Shown here piece after piece: positions 9,843-19,867 of a stretch of DNA of 46,216 nucleotides. The number at the start of each line of letters is the position of its first letter. The first letter of the stretch is position 1. This DNA comes from Thalassolituus sp. Its GTDB lineage: Bacteria; Pseudomonadota; Gammaproteobacteria; Pseudomonadales; Oceanobacteraceae. Where the stretch lies: positions 1 through 46,216 of the forward strand of contig JBPEXS010000256.1 in assembly GCA_052031325.1 (NCBI GenBank), in the 5' to 3' direction. The notes beneath the pieces were generated by a model. The model made no database searches, was not told the origin of the DNA, and saw only the letters and a list, made by a program, of their open reading frames with translations. A program made the translations under genes and the position numbers.

Positions 9843-10700
9843 GTGAACGCGCCAGAGACAACGAAGCCCGCTCAGACGGGCTGGCAAGCCGGTCTGAACA
9901 TGACACTGGAACATCGTGGTCTGAAAACGGTAATGACTGACCTGCACCATTTTGGACCACTGCGGGTTCAGAGACCCTTTTATCCTGAGGGCATGACCAG
10001 CCATATTTATCTGCTGCACCCACCGGGTGGCGTGGTCGGTGGTGACGGTCTGTCGCTGAAAATTCGTGCTAACGATAAAGCTCATGGTTTGTTGACCACG
10101 CCCGGAGCAACCAAGTTTTACCGCAGCGCTGGCGGCACCGCCCAGGTGGAGCAACGCCTCCGTGTTGAAGCGGGTGGTGTGCTGGAGTGGTTTCCCCAGG
10201 AAAATATCTTTTTCCCCGGTGCCAGAGTACGCATGAATACGCGGGTTGATCTGGCGGAAGGTGCAGCCTTTATGGGGTGGGAGATCAGCTGCCTGGGGCG
10301 GCCGGTCAATCACGAATATTTCGATCAGGGTGCCGTCGACACCTGCTTTTCCGTTTACCGCGACCGCAAGCCCTTTCTGATTGAGCGCCTTCGGGTCAAT
10401 ACTCCGGCTCATCTTAATGGCTCATCGGGCCTGAGAAACCACCCGATGCAGGGGCTGTTTATCGCCACCGGAGTCGATGAGGCCTTGCTGGAAACCTGTC
10501 GCGAACGCCTGAATGACGCCATGCAGGAGCTCCACACCACTCTGCCTGCGGGCATTACCCGTCTCGACGACCTGCTGGTGCTGCGTATACTGGGCGACTC
10601 GACTGAAAAAATTCAATCCCTGATGATTCCGGTGTGGCAGCAGCTGCGCCGTGATGTTCTGCAAAAAGACGCGGTCATTCCGCGCATCTGGAAAACCTGA
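9843..10700 (+). CDS. ureD: Urease accessory protein UreD
   Basis: [40 protein letters not shown]. Confidence 0.95.
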   Translation: MNAPETTKPAQTGWQAGLNMTLEHRGLKTVMTDLHHFGPLRVQRPFYPEGMTSHIYLLHPPGGVVGGDGLSLKIRANDKAHGLLTTPGATKFYRSAGGTAQVEQRLRVEAGGVLEWFPQENIFFPGARVRMNTRVDLAEGAAFMGWEISCLGRPVNHEYFDQGAVDTCFSVYRDRKPFLIERLRVNTPAHLNGSSGLRNHPMQGLFIATGVDEALLETCRERLNDAMQELHTTLPAGITRLDDLLVLRILGDSTEKIQSLMIPVWQQLRRDVLQKDAVIPRIWKT

Positions 10701-10702
10701 GC

Positions 10703-11005
10703 ATGGAACTGACACCGAGAGAAAAAGATAAGCTACTGATATTTACGGCTGCTCTGCTGGCAGAACGCCGTAAAGCCCGTGGTGTAAAACTGAATTACCC
10801 GGAGGCTATGGCCTTTATCACGGCCGCCATTATGGAAGGCGCCCGCGATGGTAAAACGGTGGCCGAACTGATGGGTGAGGGCCGCACGCTGCTGACCCGT
10901 GAAGAGGTCATGGACGGTGTGCCAGAGATGATTCATGAAGTTCAGGTCGAAGCGACCTTCCCTGACGGGACCAAGCTGGTCACCGTTCATAATCCCATCG
11001 TCTGA
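10703..11005 (+). CDS. ureA: Urease gamma subunit
   Basis: [11 protein letters not shown]..., [14 protein letters not shown]. Confidence 0.98.
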   Translation: MELTPREKDKLLIFTAALLAERRKARGVKLNYPEAMAFITAAIMEGARDGKTVAELMGEGRTLLTREEVMDGVPEMIHEVQVEATFPDGTKLVTVHNPIV

Positions 11006-11016
11006 GGAGGCCTGAG

Positions 11017-11322
11017 ATGATTCCTGGAGAAATTCTGGTAGCAGAAGGTGAGATCGAACTGAACCCGGGTCGTCGTACCCTTGAGATTGAAGTGGCCAAC
11101 ACCGGCGACCGTCCGATTCAGGTCGGTTCGCACTATCACTTTTATGAAACCAACAACGCATTGCAGTTTGACCGGGAAGCCGCCCGCGGTATGCGCCTGA
11201 ACATTCCGGCGGGTACCGCCGTGCGCATTGAACCGGGCCAGAGCCGCACGGTTGAACTGGTGGAATATGCGGGCGAAAAGAAAGTCTATGGTTTCCAGGG
11301 CAAGGTAATGGGTGAACTCTGA
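11017..11322 (+). CDS. ureB: Urease beta subunit
   Basis: [20 protein letters not shown]. Confidence 0.98.
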   Translation: MIPGEILVAEGEIELNPGRRTLEIEVANTGDRPIQVGSHYHFYETNNALQFDREAARGMRLNIPAGTAVRIEPGQSRTVELVEYAGEKKVYGFQGKVMGEL

Positions 11323-13025
11323 TGGCAACGATTTCAAGACAGGCCTATGCCGATATGTTTGGCCCGACCACCGGCGACCGCGTGCGTCTGGCAGACACTG
11401 AGCTGTTTGTTGAAGTTGAAAAAGACTTCACCATCTATGGCGATGAAGTGAAGTTCGGTGGTGGTAAAGTCATCCGCGATGGTATGGGGCAGGGGCAGCA
11501 CGTCTCGTCACAGGTGGTTGATCTGGTGATAACCAATGCGCTGATCATTGATCACTGGGGCATTGTTAAAGCTGATATTGGTATCAAACATGGGCGTATA
11601 GCCGCAATTGGCAAGGCCGGAAATCCAGATGTACAGCCTGGTGTGGATATCATTGTTGGCCCGGGTACGGATGTGATTGCCGGTGAGGGCCATATCATCA
11701 CCGCTGGTGGTATCGACTCTCATATCCATTTTATCTGCCCGCAGCAGATCGAAGAAGCGCTGGCCTCGGGTGTTACCACTATGTTGGGTGGCGGTACCGG
11801 GCCATCCACCGGGACTAATGCCACCACAGTGACACCGGGCCCCTGGAATATGGCGCGCATGCTCGAAGCCGCTGACAGCTTTCCGATGAACCTTGGGTTT
11901 CTGGGCAAAGGCAACGCCAGCCTGCCGTATGCCCTGCATGAACAGATTGCTGCCGGTGCTATTGGTCTGAAGCTGCATGAAGACTGGGGGACAACCCCTG
12001 CCGCCATCGATTGCTGTCTGACTGTGGCCGAAGAAACCGATACTCAGGTGGCGATTCACACCGACACCCTCAACGAATCGGGTTTTGTTGAAGATACGAT
12101 TGCGGCCTTTAAAGACCGCACCATTCACACCTACCACACCGAAGGTGCGGGTGGTGGTCACGCGCCAGACATCATTAAGGCTGCAGGTCTGGCCAACGTG
12201 TTGCCGTCATCGACCAATCCAACACGCCCATACACGGTCAATACCGCCGATGAGCATCTCGATATGCTCATGGTCTGCCACCACCTGGACCCGAGTATCC
12301 CGGAGGATGTCGCCTTCGCCGAATCGCGTATCCGTCGTGAAACCATTGCCGCTGAGGATATTCTGCACGACCTTGGGGCCTTCTCCATGATCTCCTCGGA
12401 TTCACAGGCCATGGGCCGGGTGGGTGAAGTTATTACCCGTACCTGGCAGACGGCTCACAAAATGAAAGTGCAGCGTGGCAGCCTGCCGGAAGACCCGTCT
12501 CACCATGATAACTTCCGGGTAAAACGCTACGTAGCCAAGTACACAATTAATCCAGCGCTGGCCCATGGTATGTCACATGAAGTGGGCTCTGTTGAGGTGG
12601 GTAAACTGGCCGATCTGGTGTTGTGGAAGCCCGCCTTCTTTGGGGTTAAGCCCGATATGATCATCAAAGGTGGCTTTATTGCCATGGCGAAAATGGGTGA
12701 CCCTAACGCGTCGATTCCAACGCCTCAGCCAGTGCATTACCGTCCTATGTTTGGTGCTTATGGTAAGGCGCGTAATGCCACCAGTATGACCTTTATCTCG
12801 CAGGCAGCTCTGACGGCGGGCATATCTGAACAACTGCAACTGAAGAATCTGATTGGTGTGGTGAAAGGCTGTCGTACCGTGTCCAAGAGCCATATGATTC
12901 ATAACAACTGGCAACCGGATATCTCGGTTGATCCGCAGACTTACGAAGTACGTGCTGATGGTCAGTTGCTGACCTGTGAACCCGCAGACATCCTGCCGAT
13001 GGCTCAGCGTTACTTCCTGTTTTAA
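11322..13025 (+). CDS. ureC: Urease alpha subunit
   Basis: [34 protein letters not shown] nickel/active-site motifs. Confidence 0.99.
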   Translation: MATISRQAYADMFGPTTGDRVRLADTELFVEVEKDFTIYGDEVKFGGGKVIRDGMGQGQHVSSQVVDLVITNALIIDHWGIVKADIGIKHGRIAAIGKAGNPDVQPGVDIIVGPGTDVIAGEGHIITAGGIDSHIHFICPQQIEEALASGVTTMLGGGTGPSTGTNATTVTPGPWNMARMLEAADSFPMNLGFLGKGNASLPYALHEQIAAGAIGLKLHEDWGTTPAAIDCCLTVAEETDTQVAIHTDTLNESGFVEDTIAAFKDRTIHTYHTEGAGGGHAPDIIKAAGLANVLPSSTNPTRPYTVNTADEHLDMLMVCHHLDPSIPEDVAFAESRIRRETIAAEDILHDLGAFSMISSDSQAMGRVGEVITRTWQTAHKMKVQRGSLPEDPSHHDNFRVKRYVAKYTINPALAHGMSHEVGSVEVGKLADLVLWKPAFFGVKPDMIIKGGFIAMAKMGDPNASIPTPQPVHYRPMFGAYGKARNATSMTFISQAALTAGISEQLQLKNLIGVVKGCRTVSKSHMIHNNWQPDISVDPQTYEVRADGQLLTCEPADILPMAQRYFLF

Positions 13026-13037
13026 TAAGACAACGAC

Positions 13038-13598
13038 ATGATTGAACTGATTAAAAAGCTGACTCAGTCAGAAGCTGATGAACTGCAGGGCGCAGAGCTT
13101 TTAAGTCTCAGCCTGCCGATTGACGCCCGTATTAAAAGTCGTCAGCGTGTGGTGCTGGACAACGGCACCGACGCCGGATTGTTTCTTGAACGCGGTACCT
13201 TGCTTCGGGGTGGTGATCTGCTGAGCGACGGACAGGGCACCTATGTACGAGTGTTGGCGGCTGCTGAAACCGTGACTACCGTACTCTGTTCTGACCCTCT
13301 GCTGCTGGCCAAAGTGGCGTACCATCTGGGCAACCGCCATGTGCCGCTGCAGATCGAATCCGGCTGGCTGCGTTTTCAGCATGATCACGTGCTCGACGAT
13401 ATGGTATGTCAGCTGCCCGGAGCAGCCGGTGTTGCTGAAGTCATCTGCGAGCAGGCACCGTTTGAGCCTGAGGCCGGGGCTTATCAGCAGGCCGCGGGTG
13501 GACATCATCACGGCCACTCGCATGACCATCCAGATGGTCAGCAACACGAACACCAGCATGAACACTCACATTCACACACACACGGGCACGACCACTGA
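13038..13598 (+). CDS. ureE: Urease nickel chaperone UreE
   Basis: AYHLGNRH, DHVLDDM, PFEPEAGAY, His-rich tail. Confidence 0.95.
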   Translation: MIELIKKLTQSEADELQGAELLSLSLPIDARIKSRQRVVLDNGTDAGLFLERGTLLRGGDLLSDGQGTYVRVLAAAETVTTVLCSDPLLLAKVAYHLGNRHVPLQIESGWLRFQHDHVLDDMVCQLPGAAGVAEVICEQAPFEPEAGAYQQAAGGHHHGHSHDHPDGQQHEHQHEHSHSHTHGHDH

Positions 13599-13618
13599 GG
13601 TCGTGTGCAGGAACTGAT

Positions 13619-13849
13619 ATGCGTACACAATCTTTTGCTCTTTTAACACCTGTGGCTCTGGCCACGTTTCCAGCCTTCGCGCACGAAGGTGATCATTCTC
13701 ATAATGCCCTGGCTGAGATCATTGCCCACGGCATGACCCACGCCGGTCACCTGACGATCCTGATACCGGCTCTGGCTCTGGTTGCCTGTGGCGGTGCGTT
13801 GCTGGCGCGTCGTATCCGTGCGGCTCAGCGTAAATCTGACGTGGAATAA
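13619..13849 (+). CDS. Small His-rich membrane protein resembling the N-terminus of HupE/UreJ
   Basis: 76 aa; signal peptide ending AFA, then HEGDHSH, HGMTHAGH and one TM helix; AGGA SD; fits tightly between ureE and ureF. Confidence 0.65.
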   Translation: MRTQSFALLTPVALATFPAFAHEGDHSHNALAEIIAHGMTHAGHLTILIPALALVACGGALLARRIRAAQRKSDVE

Positions 13850-13855
13850 GACAGA

Positions 13856-14548
13856 GTGTCGGCGAGCTTCTTCCGCTTACAGCAACTGATCAGCCCGTCA
13901 CTACCCATCGGTGCCTTTACCTACTCTCAAGGGTTGGAATGGGCCGTTGAATCGGGCTGGGTTAAAACGGCGGATGACCTCTATCACTGGTTGGATTCCC
14001 TGCTCGACGGTGCCGTCGTCTCCCTGGATCTGCCGGTATTGCTGCGCTTGTATCAGGCGTCAGTGCACAACAGCAGCGAGACCTTTAACTACTGGTCGGA
14101 ATATCTGCTGGCCTGCCGGGAAACATCAGAACTGCGGGCAGAAGAACAACAGCGTGGGCAGGCTTTGCTGACGGTACTGGATAAACTGCCTGACGCAACA
14201 CAGTGGCCTGAGTTACAGGGGCAGGATTCACAATGGCGTAGCGCCATGTCCATGACCCAGTTAGCGGGCTTTGCACTGGCCTGTACTCGCTGGCAGATAA
14301 CGCCGGAAAAAATGCTGCAGGGTTACCTCTGGAGCTGGCTGGAGAACATGGTCATCGTCGCAGTAAAACTGATTCCGTTAGGGCAGAGTGATGGTCAGCG
14401 GGTATTGTTCCGTTTTTCGGATCAGCTTTCTGATTTCTGCGAGCGGGGTATCCAGGTCCGCGATGAGGAGATCGGAGCAGCGTCACCGGCGATGGCCATT
14501 GCCAGCTCCTTGCATGAGACTCAGTATTGTCGTCTCTTCAGGTCTTGA
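13856..14548 (+). CDS. ureF: Urease accessory protein UreF
   Basis: SPSLPIGAFTYSQGLE, VKLIPLGQ, HETQYCRLFRS. Confidence 0.96.
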   Translation: MSASFFRLQQLISPSLPIGAFTYSQGLEWAVESGWVKTADDLYHWLDSLLDGAVVSLDLPVLLRLYQASVHNSSETFNYWSEYLLACRETSELRAEEQQRGQALLTVLDKLPDATQWPELQGQDSQWRSAMSMTQLAGFALACTRWQITPEKMLQGYLWSWLENMVIVAVKLIPLGQSDGQRVLFRFSDQLSDFCERGIQVRDEEIGAASPAMAIASSLHETQYCRLFRS

Positions 14549-14674
14549 ACCTGAAAACTGGCCATACTGCCAGGGCCTTATTAATCACGAACAGATACAG
14601 GCAGCCCTGGGGCGTAGAACGCGACGAGTGAGCTGACCACAAACATCGAAACAGAACAGAATTGGAAGAACACC

Positions 14675-15316
14675 ATGAGCGAATACAAATCTCCACTGCG
14701 TGTGGGTATCGGCGGCCCGGTGGGCTCAGGCAAAACCGCGCTGTTAGAGCAGCTGTGTAAAGCCATGCGCGATGACTACCACATCGCGGTGGTGACAAAT
14801 GACATCTATACCAAGGAAGATCAGCGCATCCTGACCCAGGCTGAAGCCCTGGAGCCTGAGCGTATCGTCGGTGTTGAAACCGGCGGCTGTCCGCATACGG
14901 CCATCCGCGAAGATGCCTCCATGAACCTGGCGGCGGTTGAGAACCTGGCGCGGACGTTTGGTGATCTGGATGTGGTCTTCGTCGAAAGTGGTGGTGACAA
15001 CCTGAGTGCGACCTTCAGCCCGGAGCTGGCGGATCTGACGATTTACGTCATTGATGTGGCTTCTGGTGAGAAGATTCCGCGTAAGGGTGGACCGGGTATC
15101 ACCAAGTCCGATCTGTTGGTGATCAACAAAACTGACCTCGCCGAACTGGTGGGGGCAAATCTGGATATCATGGATTCAGATACCCGACGTATGCGGGGTG
15201 AAAAACCGTATGTGTTTTCGAATCTGCGTACCGATATCAGCGGTTTGCAGGACATCATCAATTTCGTCGTCAGACAGGGCATGCTGAAAAGTCACCAGGA
15301 AAAAGCATCGGCCTGA
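14675..15316 (+). CDS. ureG: Urease accessory GTPase UreG
   Basis: [26 protein letters not shown]. Confidence 0.98.
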   Translation: MSEYKSPLRVGIGGPVGSGKTALLEQLCKAMRDDYHIAVVTNDIYTKEDQRILTQAEALEPERIVGVETGGCPHTAIREDASMNLAAVENLARTFGDLDVVFVESGGDNLSATFSPELADLTIYVIDVASGEKIPRKGGPGITKSDLLVINKTDLAELVGANLDIMDSDTRRMRGEKPYVFSNLRTDISGLQDIINFVVRQGMLKSHQEKASA

Positions 15317-15375
15317 CCGTACTGGCACACTCTTTGTGGGGATGTGTTACTTAACTACACAATAACCACACACTC

Positions 15376-15400
15376 AAGGCACCATTGTGGTGCCTTTTTT
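15376..15400 (+). terminator. Intrinsic terminator of the urease operon
   Basis: AAGGCACCA-TTG-TGGTGCCTT followed by TTTT. Confidence 0.85.
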
Positions 15401-15426
15401 ATGTCAACTTGTGCAATGCTGGTGCA
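15378..15426. promoter_or_regulatory. Tandem NtrC-like binding sites (enhancer)
   Basis: GGCACCA-TTG-TGGTGCC (15378-15394) and TGTGCAA-TGC-TGGTGCA (15410-15426), 32 bp apart; consensus TGCACCA-N3-TGGTGCA. Confidence 0.65.
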
Positions 15427-15637
15427 AATAATGTAAAGAGCAGCCAGTGATCATTTCTTAACCTCACACTTCCAGAATATTCTTTAAAATCAAAGGCCAA
15501 TTTCAGATTGTTTTTTGATCAACACTTGGTCATTGGATGACATTTGGAGACTGTGTGTTCAATTTACGAGCACATTCAGCTCACTGTGCTTCGCAATTGT
15601 TACAATTCCGTCAATTTTATTTCATGAACTTCAAGAT

Positions 15638-15654
15638 TTGGTAAGCCCCTTGCT
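15638..15654 (+). promoter_or_regulatory. sigma54 (-24/-12) promoter of the TonB-dependent receptor
   Basis: TTGGTAAGCCCCTTGCT: GG(15640-41)-N10-GC(15652-53). Confidence 0.7.
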
Positions 15655-15705
15655 AACTTAATCGGGACAGGAGAGTGCAACGGTGCATTTCCTTACTTTT
15701 TTTCA

Positions 15706-18321
15706 ATGGGGAGACATAAGTCTATGAACTTCAAGAGTGACACTTCTCGCATTGGTTTCGCCAGTGATCCTGGCAAGTGGACCAAGCTGGCGATTGCTGT
15801 CGGTGCTGCATCCATGGCACTGACCGCCGTCAACGTGACTGCGGAAGAAGCAGAAGAAGAACAGGTTGAACTCGAAACCTACACCTTTACCGGTTCGCGC
15901 GTTAAGCGTACTGCGGTAGAAGGTGCACTGCCTGTAACTGTGATCGAGCGTGCAGACATCGACCGTGCCGGTGATGTATCTGTAGCCGATTTCATCCGTG
16001 GTCTGAGTGTTAACAGCTTTGGTTCTTTCCGTCAGCAGTCTGGTAGCAGCGCCCAGGGCCTGGCTACTGTTAACCTGCGTGGTCTGGGTTCTCAACGTAC
16101 TCTGGTATTGATCGATGGTCACCGCGCGCCAAAAGCGCCTTACGCGGCTGATTCAACTGACCTTAACGCTATCCCTCTGGCGGCCGTTGAACGTATCGAG
16201 ATCCTGAAAGACGGTGCTTCTGCGGTATACGGTTCTGACGCCATTGCCGGTGTTGTCAACATCATCATGCGTACCGACTATGAAGGTGCGTCTGTTATGT
16301 ACGGCCGTTCTTACACCTCTGCGAAAGGCGGTGATAAGAAAGAAGGTTCTGTACTGCTGGGTGTGAACGGTGACAACGGTAACGTGATTCTGGGTGCTTC
16401 TTTCAACCAGACTGACATCATCTACTCCCGTAACCAGCGTGATCTGACGCCTCCGGGTGCATCCTTCTTCTCTAACAACACCGTAAGCGCGGTTGATGGC
16501 TTTGCTGCCGTAAACCCGGTTGAAGGTGCCTGTGCTGAGCTGGGTAATGGTTACTACACCGTTGAGTACCCGTTCAGTGATACCGGCGAGCGTTGTGCGT
16601 TTGACTTTACTCTGGCGGCGGCAAACGAAGCCTCCACCGAAGTGAAATCTCTGTTCGCGAAAGGTATCTACAACATCAACGAAGACTGGGATTTCTATTC
16701 CACAGCGTCTTTCGCAAACTCTGAATCTTTCGGTCGTTATGCTCCGACTCCAGCGGTTCTGTTTATCCCTGCAGATGCAGCCACAGCGGTTGACCACGAC
16801 CGTGATGGTACTCCGGATGACGTCTACGTTTACCACCGCTTTGCGGCGCTGGGTAACCGTGACAACACCGTGACCGGTTACGTTGGTGACCTGACCACAG
16901 GTATCAAAGGTACCATCGCTGATACCGTTGATGTGGACTTCGGTGCTCGTTACAACGAATACAAAACCTACGATGTAGGCCGTAACTATGCCGTTCTGCC
17001 AATCGCTGAACAGTATGCAGCGGACGGTTCTTACGACATTACTGACCCGTTCGGTAACGACGAAGCCACTCTGAATGCCATGAAAGCCACCATCTCTCGT
17101 GAATCCACCTGGAAGACCGAAGAACTCTGGCTGAACGGTACCATGAGCCTGTTCGAAATGGCGGGTGGTATGGCGGGTATTGCTGCCGGTTACGAATATC
17201 GTGGCATCGAATACGTTGACCAGTACGATTCACTGTCAGAAGCGGGTGTGATCGGTGGTAGCTCCGGTAACTCTTCCGGTGCTGAGCGTAGCATCAACTC
17301 ACTCTATACCGAACTGGTTCTGCCGGTGATGGATACTCTGGAGCTGGGTGCTGCAGTTCGTTATGACAAATACTCCGACTATGGCAGTGATCTGTCTCCG
17401 AAACTGTCTGCGCGCTTCACACCGATTGAAGAACTGACTCTGCGTGCCTCTTACGGTCAGGGCTTCCGTGCGCCGACGCTGGATGTGATTTCTCAGGCTC
17501 CTTCTTTCTCTGCTGAATCTGTGATCAACGACGAGGCAACCTGTTTGAATGCAGGTGGTACTTACGATCAGTCTGCAGGTTGTAGTGTGAATGTTCAGGT
17601 TGATACCTACTTCATTGCTAACCCTGATCTTGAGTCTGAAACCTCGAAACAGTTCTCTGCCGGTGTTGTATTTGCTCCGACGGAAGACTTCGACGTGTCG
17701 GTTGATGCTTACTACATCAAGATTGAAGACAGCATTACTTCAATCTCTCCTTCTGACATTGCAAACCTGGAAGAAAAAGGTGTTGCTCCGCCAGCGGGTC
17801 TGGGTTGTACCCGTGATGCCAATCGTGGTGGTGCTTACGATGAATGTACCGCCGGTTACGGTAACCTGGGTTACGTGAAAACCTGGGGTTATGACATCGC
17901 TTCAAGCTACAGCACTGAACTGCCAGTGGGTACTCTGTCTACTGATCTGACTGCTTCTTACGTGGGTAACTACGAAGAAAACAACGAGCTGGAGTCTGTG
18001 AAGTACGCTGGTACTCTGGGCGCCCCTCGCTGGAAAGGTGATCTGGTAACAACCTATGCCACTGCAGACTTCGACTTCTCCTGGACCGCGAACTACATCG
18101 GTCGTCAGGATGATGGTGATGGCGCTGACGCCGAAGCTTATGTAACTCATGACTTCCAGTTCAACTACTTCACGCCGATCAACAGCACCGTGACTCTGGG
18201 TGTACAGAATGCCTTCGACAAGGCCCTGCCTGTATACGCTTATGATGGTCGTCCGTACAACTTCTACCTGTACAACGCCTACGGTACAGTGTCCTACCTG
18301 CGTTACACTCAGAACTTCTGA
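15706..18321 (+). CDS. TonB-dependent outer-membrane receptor
   Basis: Signal peptide, TonB-box region TFTGSR, plug motifs NLRGLG..RTLVLIDG and RIEILKDGASAVYGSDAIAGVVNII, terminal Phe; start may be ATG 15724. Confidence 0.95.
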   Translation: MGRHKSMNFKSDTSRIGFASDPGKWTKLAIAVGAASMALTAVNVTAEEAEEEQVELETYTFTGSRVKRTAVEGALPVTVIERADIDRAGDVSVADFIRGLSVNSFGSFRQQSGSSAQGLATVNLRGLGSQRTLVLIDGHRAPKAPYAADSTDLNAIPLAAVERIEILKDGASAVYGSDAIAGVVNIIMRTDYEGASVMYGRSYTSAKGGDKKEGSVLLGVNGDNGNVILGASFNQTDIIYSRNQRDLTPPGASFFSNNTVSAVDGFAAVNPVEGACAELGNGYYTVEYPFSDTGERCAFDFTLAAANEASTEVKSLFAKGIYNINEDWDFYSTASFANSESFGRYAPTPAVLFIPADAATAVDHDRDGTPDDVYVYHRFAALGNRDNTVTGYVGDLTTGIKGTIADTVDVDFGARYNEYKTYDVGRNYAVLPIAEQYAADGSYDITDPFGNDEATLNAMKATISRESTWKTEELWLNGTMSLFEMAGGMAGIAAGYEYRGIEYVDQYDSLSEAGVIGGSSGNSSGAERSINSLYTELVLPVMDTLELGAAVRYDKYSDYGSDLSPKLSARFTPIEELTLRASYGQGFRAPTLDVISQAPSFSAESVINDEATCLNAGGTYDQSAGCSVNVQVDTYFIANPDLESETSKQFSAGVVFAPTEDFDVSVDAYYIKIEDSITSISPSDIANLEEKGVAPPAGLGCTRDANRGGAYDECTAGYGNLGYVKTWGYDIASSYSTELPVGTLSTDLTASYVGNYEENNELESVKYAGTLGAPRWKGDLVTTYATADFDFSWTANYIGRQDDGDGADAEAYVTHDFQFNYFTPINSTVTLGVQNAFDKALPVYAYDGRPYNFYLYNAYGTVSYLRYTQNF

Positions 18322-18353
18322 TCCAGAAGCTCTTATCTGAGTACAACGAAACG

Positions 18354-18383
18354 AAGAGGGCCCCATCGGGGCCCTTTTTGTTT
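18354..18383 (+). terminator. Intrinsic terminator of the receptor gene
   Basis: AGGGCCCC-ATC-GGGGCCCT-TTTTGTTT. Confidence 0.85.
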
Positions 18384-18405
18384 GTCTGAGATTAATGTCG
18401 GACAC

Positions 18406-18433
18406 AAAAAAAACCGGACAAGTGTCCGGTTTT
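18406..18433 (-). terminator. Intrinsic terminator (possibly bidirectional) for the YecA-family gene
   Basis: A8-CCGGAC-AAGT-GTCCGG-T4. Confidence 0.8.
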
Positions 18434-18501
18434 CTCGTTAGCCTCTGGGACTTTTGAGGTCAGGCAGCCCCAACCTTGGCGGTCCCCCTAGGCAGCCCCA
18501 C

Positions 18502-19077
18502 CTAGGCGGCGCCATGCATCATCAGGTAAAGCTCAACGATAGCAGCTGGAATATTGCCGCAGATCTGATCAGACAGTTCTGCATCCTCATCTATGTCGGC
18601 CATTTCCGGCTCATCCATAAACAGGCCTGAGGCGTACATGATGGGGAACAGGTGCTGGGCTACCAGATCTTCTCGATCGGCGTACCAGGCCTCTTCATGC
18701 AGGATAACTGCAGACATAAAGCCCATGGCCCAGCTTTCCAATGGCGGTTCGCCTTCGTCATCCATCAGCGTCAGATCGGTCGGCACCGGGAAATCAACGC
18801 CGGAATCGAGCCACGCCTGAATCTCGCGACTCAGTTTGCTGATCAGGGACTCCAGCTGCTCACGTTGAGTCTTTGAGAAGCCTGTCTGTTCGTCAAAGGC
18901 AGCCTCCATTACGGTAGACATGCCCGATTCAACCGGGCCGGTCAGCAGGCCGGTGAGAAAACCGTGAACGGCAAAAAAATCAAAGCTGTCACTGCGTTCT
19001 GCTTCGTTTTCAAGCAGTTCAGCGAGGGTTTCCAGTTCTTCTTCGGAAAGGGCTGGGATACTATTCAGATCTATCAT
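18502..19077 (-). CDS. YecA/UPF0149 family protein
   Basis: LSEEELETL, HGFLTGL..GP, WAMGFM; acidic; no SEC-C tail. Confidence 0.82.
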   Translation of the reverse strand: MIDLNSIPALSEEELETLAELLENEAERSDSFDFFAVHGFLTGLLTGPVESGMSTVMEAAFDEQTGFSKTQREQLESLISKLSREIQAWLDSGVDFPVPTDLTLMDDEGEPPLESWAMGFMSAVILHEEAWYADREDLVAQHLFPIMYASGLFMDEPEMADIDEDAELSDQICGNIPAAIVELYLMMHGAA

Positions 19078-19121
19078 AGAGACTCCATATTTTCCGCAAT
19101 TTTAAGGGGCCGTTTGCTTTT

Positions 19122-19847
19122 ATGAAAGTAAACCTTTTTTCATCAGCACGCCGTAAGACCTATCGGCAGACCATGGCGATTGATATCGATGGAGAAACGG
19201 TGACCCTGAATATAGCGGCTTCTCAGCGTAAGACCATGCGGCTTCAGGTGACAGATCAGGGCGAGATCGATCTGCGCATTCCGGCCGCCAGTGGGCGCGG
19301 CGATGTGCTGGCGTTTATCAGAACCCACGAAAACTGGCTGAAAACCCGCCTGAGTCAGGTTCAGCTAGCCCTTGAACAGAAATCAGCAAGCCTGATGCTG
19401 TATGGGCGTGAAAGGCCTTATGTACAAAGTGCGCTTGGCGAGTTTCTGGTGACGGATCATCAGGTCTGGATTCCTGATCACTGGTCTGAAGAACAGAAAC
19501 AGAACGCCGTCGATCATTGGCTGCGTCAGGAAGCCAGACGTGAATTCAGTTACTGGATCAATCACTGGTGGCCGAGGTTTGCCGAATATTCCGCGGAGCA
19601 ACCGGTATTGCGGGTAAAAAAGATGAAAACCCGCTGGGGCAGTCTGTCACGCAAAGGTTATATCAACCTCAACCTGCATTTACTGGCATTACCGCATGAG
19701 CTGGTCGAGCTGGTCGTAGTGCATGAGCTGTGTCACCTCCGGCATTTTGACCATGGCCCCGGCTTTCGTCGTTTACTGGCCGATTGCCTGCCAGACTGGC
19801 GACAGCGTGAGAAAGCGCTGAATGAACAGGGGCAGCGTCTGCTGTGA
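19122..19847 (+). CDS. YgjP/DUF45 (M48-like) metal-dependent hydrolase
   Basis: MKTRWGS, VVVHELCH (HEXXH), HGPGF, PDW. Confidence 0.88.
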   Translation: MKVNLFSSARRKTYRQTMAIDIDGETVTLNIAASQRKTMRLQVTDQGEIDLRIPAASGRGDVLAFIRTHENWLKTRLSQVQLALEQKSASLMLYGRERPYVQSALGEFLVTDHQVWIPDHWSEEQKQNAVDHWLRQEARREFSYWINHWWPRFAEYSAEQPVLRVKKMKTRWGSLSRKGYINLNLHLLALPHELVELVVVHELCHLRHFDHGPGFRRLLADCLPDWRQREKALNEQGQRLL

Positions 19848-19867
19848 TCCGGATCCTGAAGGTATGG

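Noticed and set aside
13500-13598. CAC/CAT-rich repeat-like tract
   Set aside because: It is the normal His-rich tail of UreE
15430-15705. Cobalamin riboswitch or Fur box upstream of the TonB-dependent receptor
   Set aside because: No B12-box or GGGAA core pattern and no GATAATGATAATCATTATC-like site; sigma54/NtrC explains the region better
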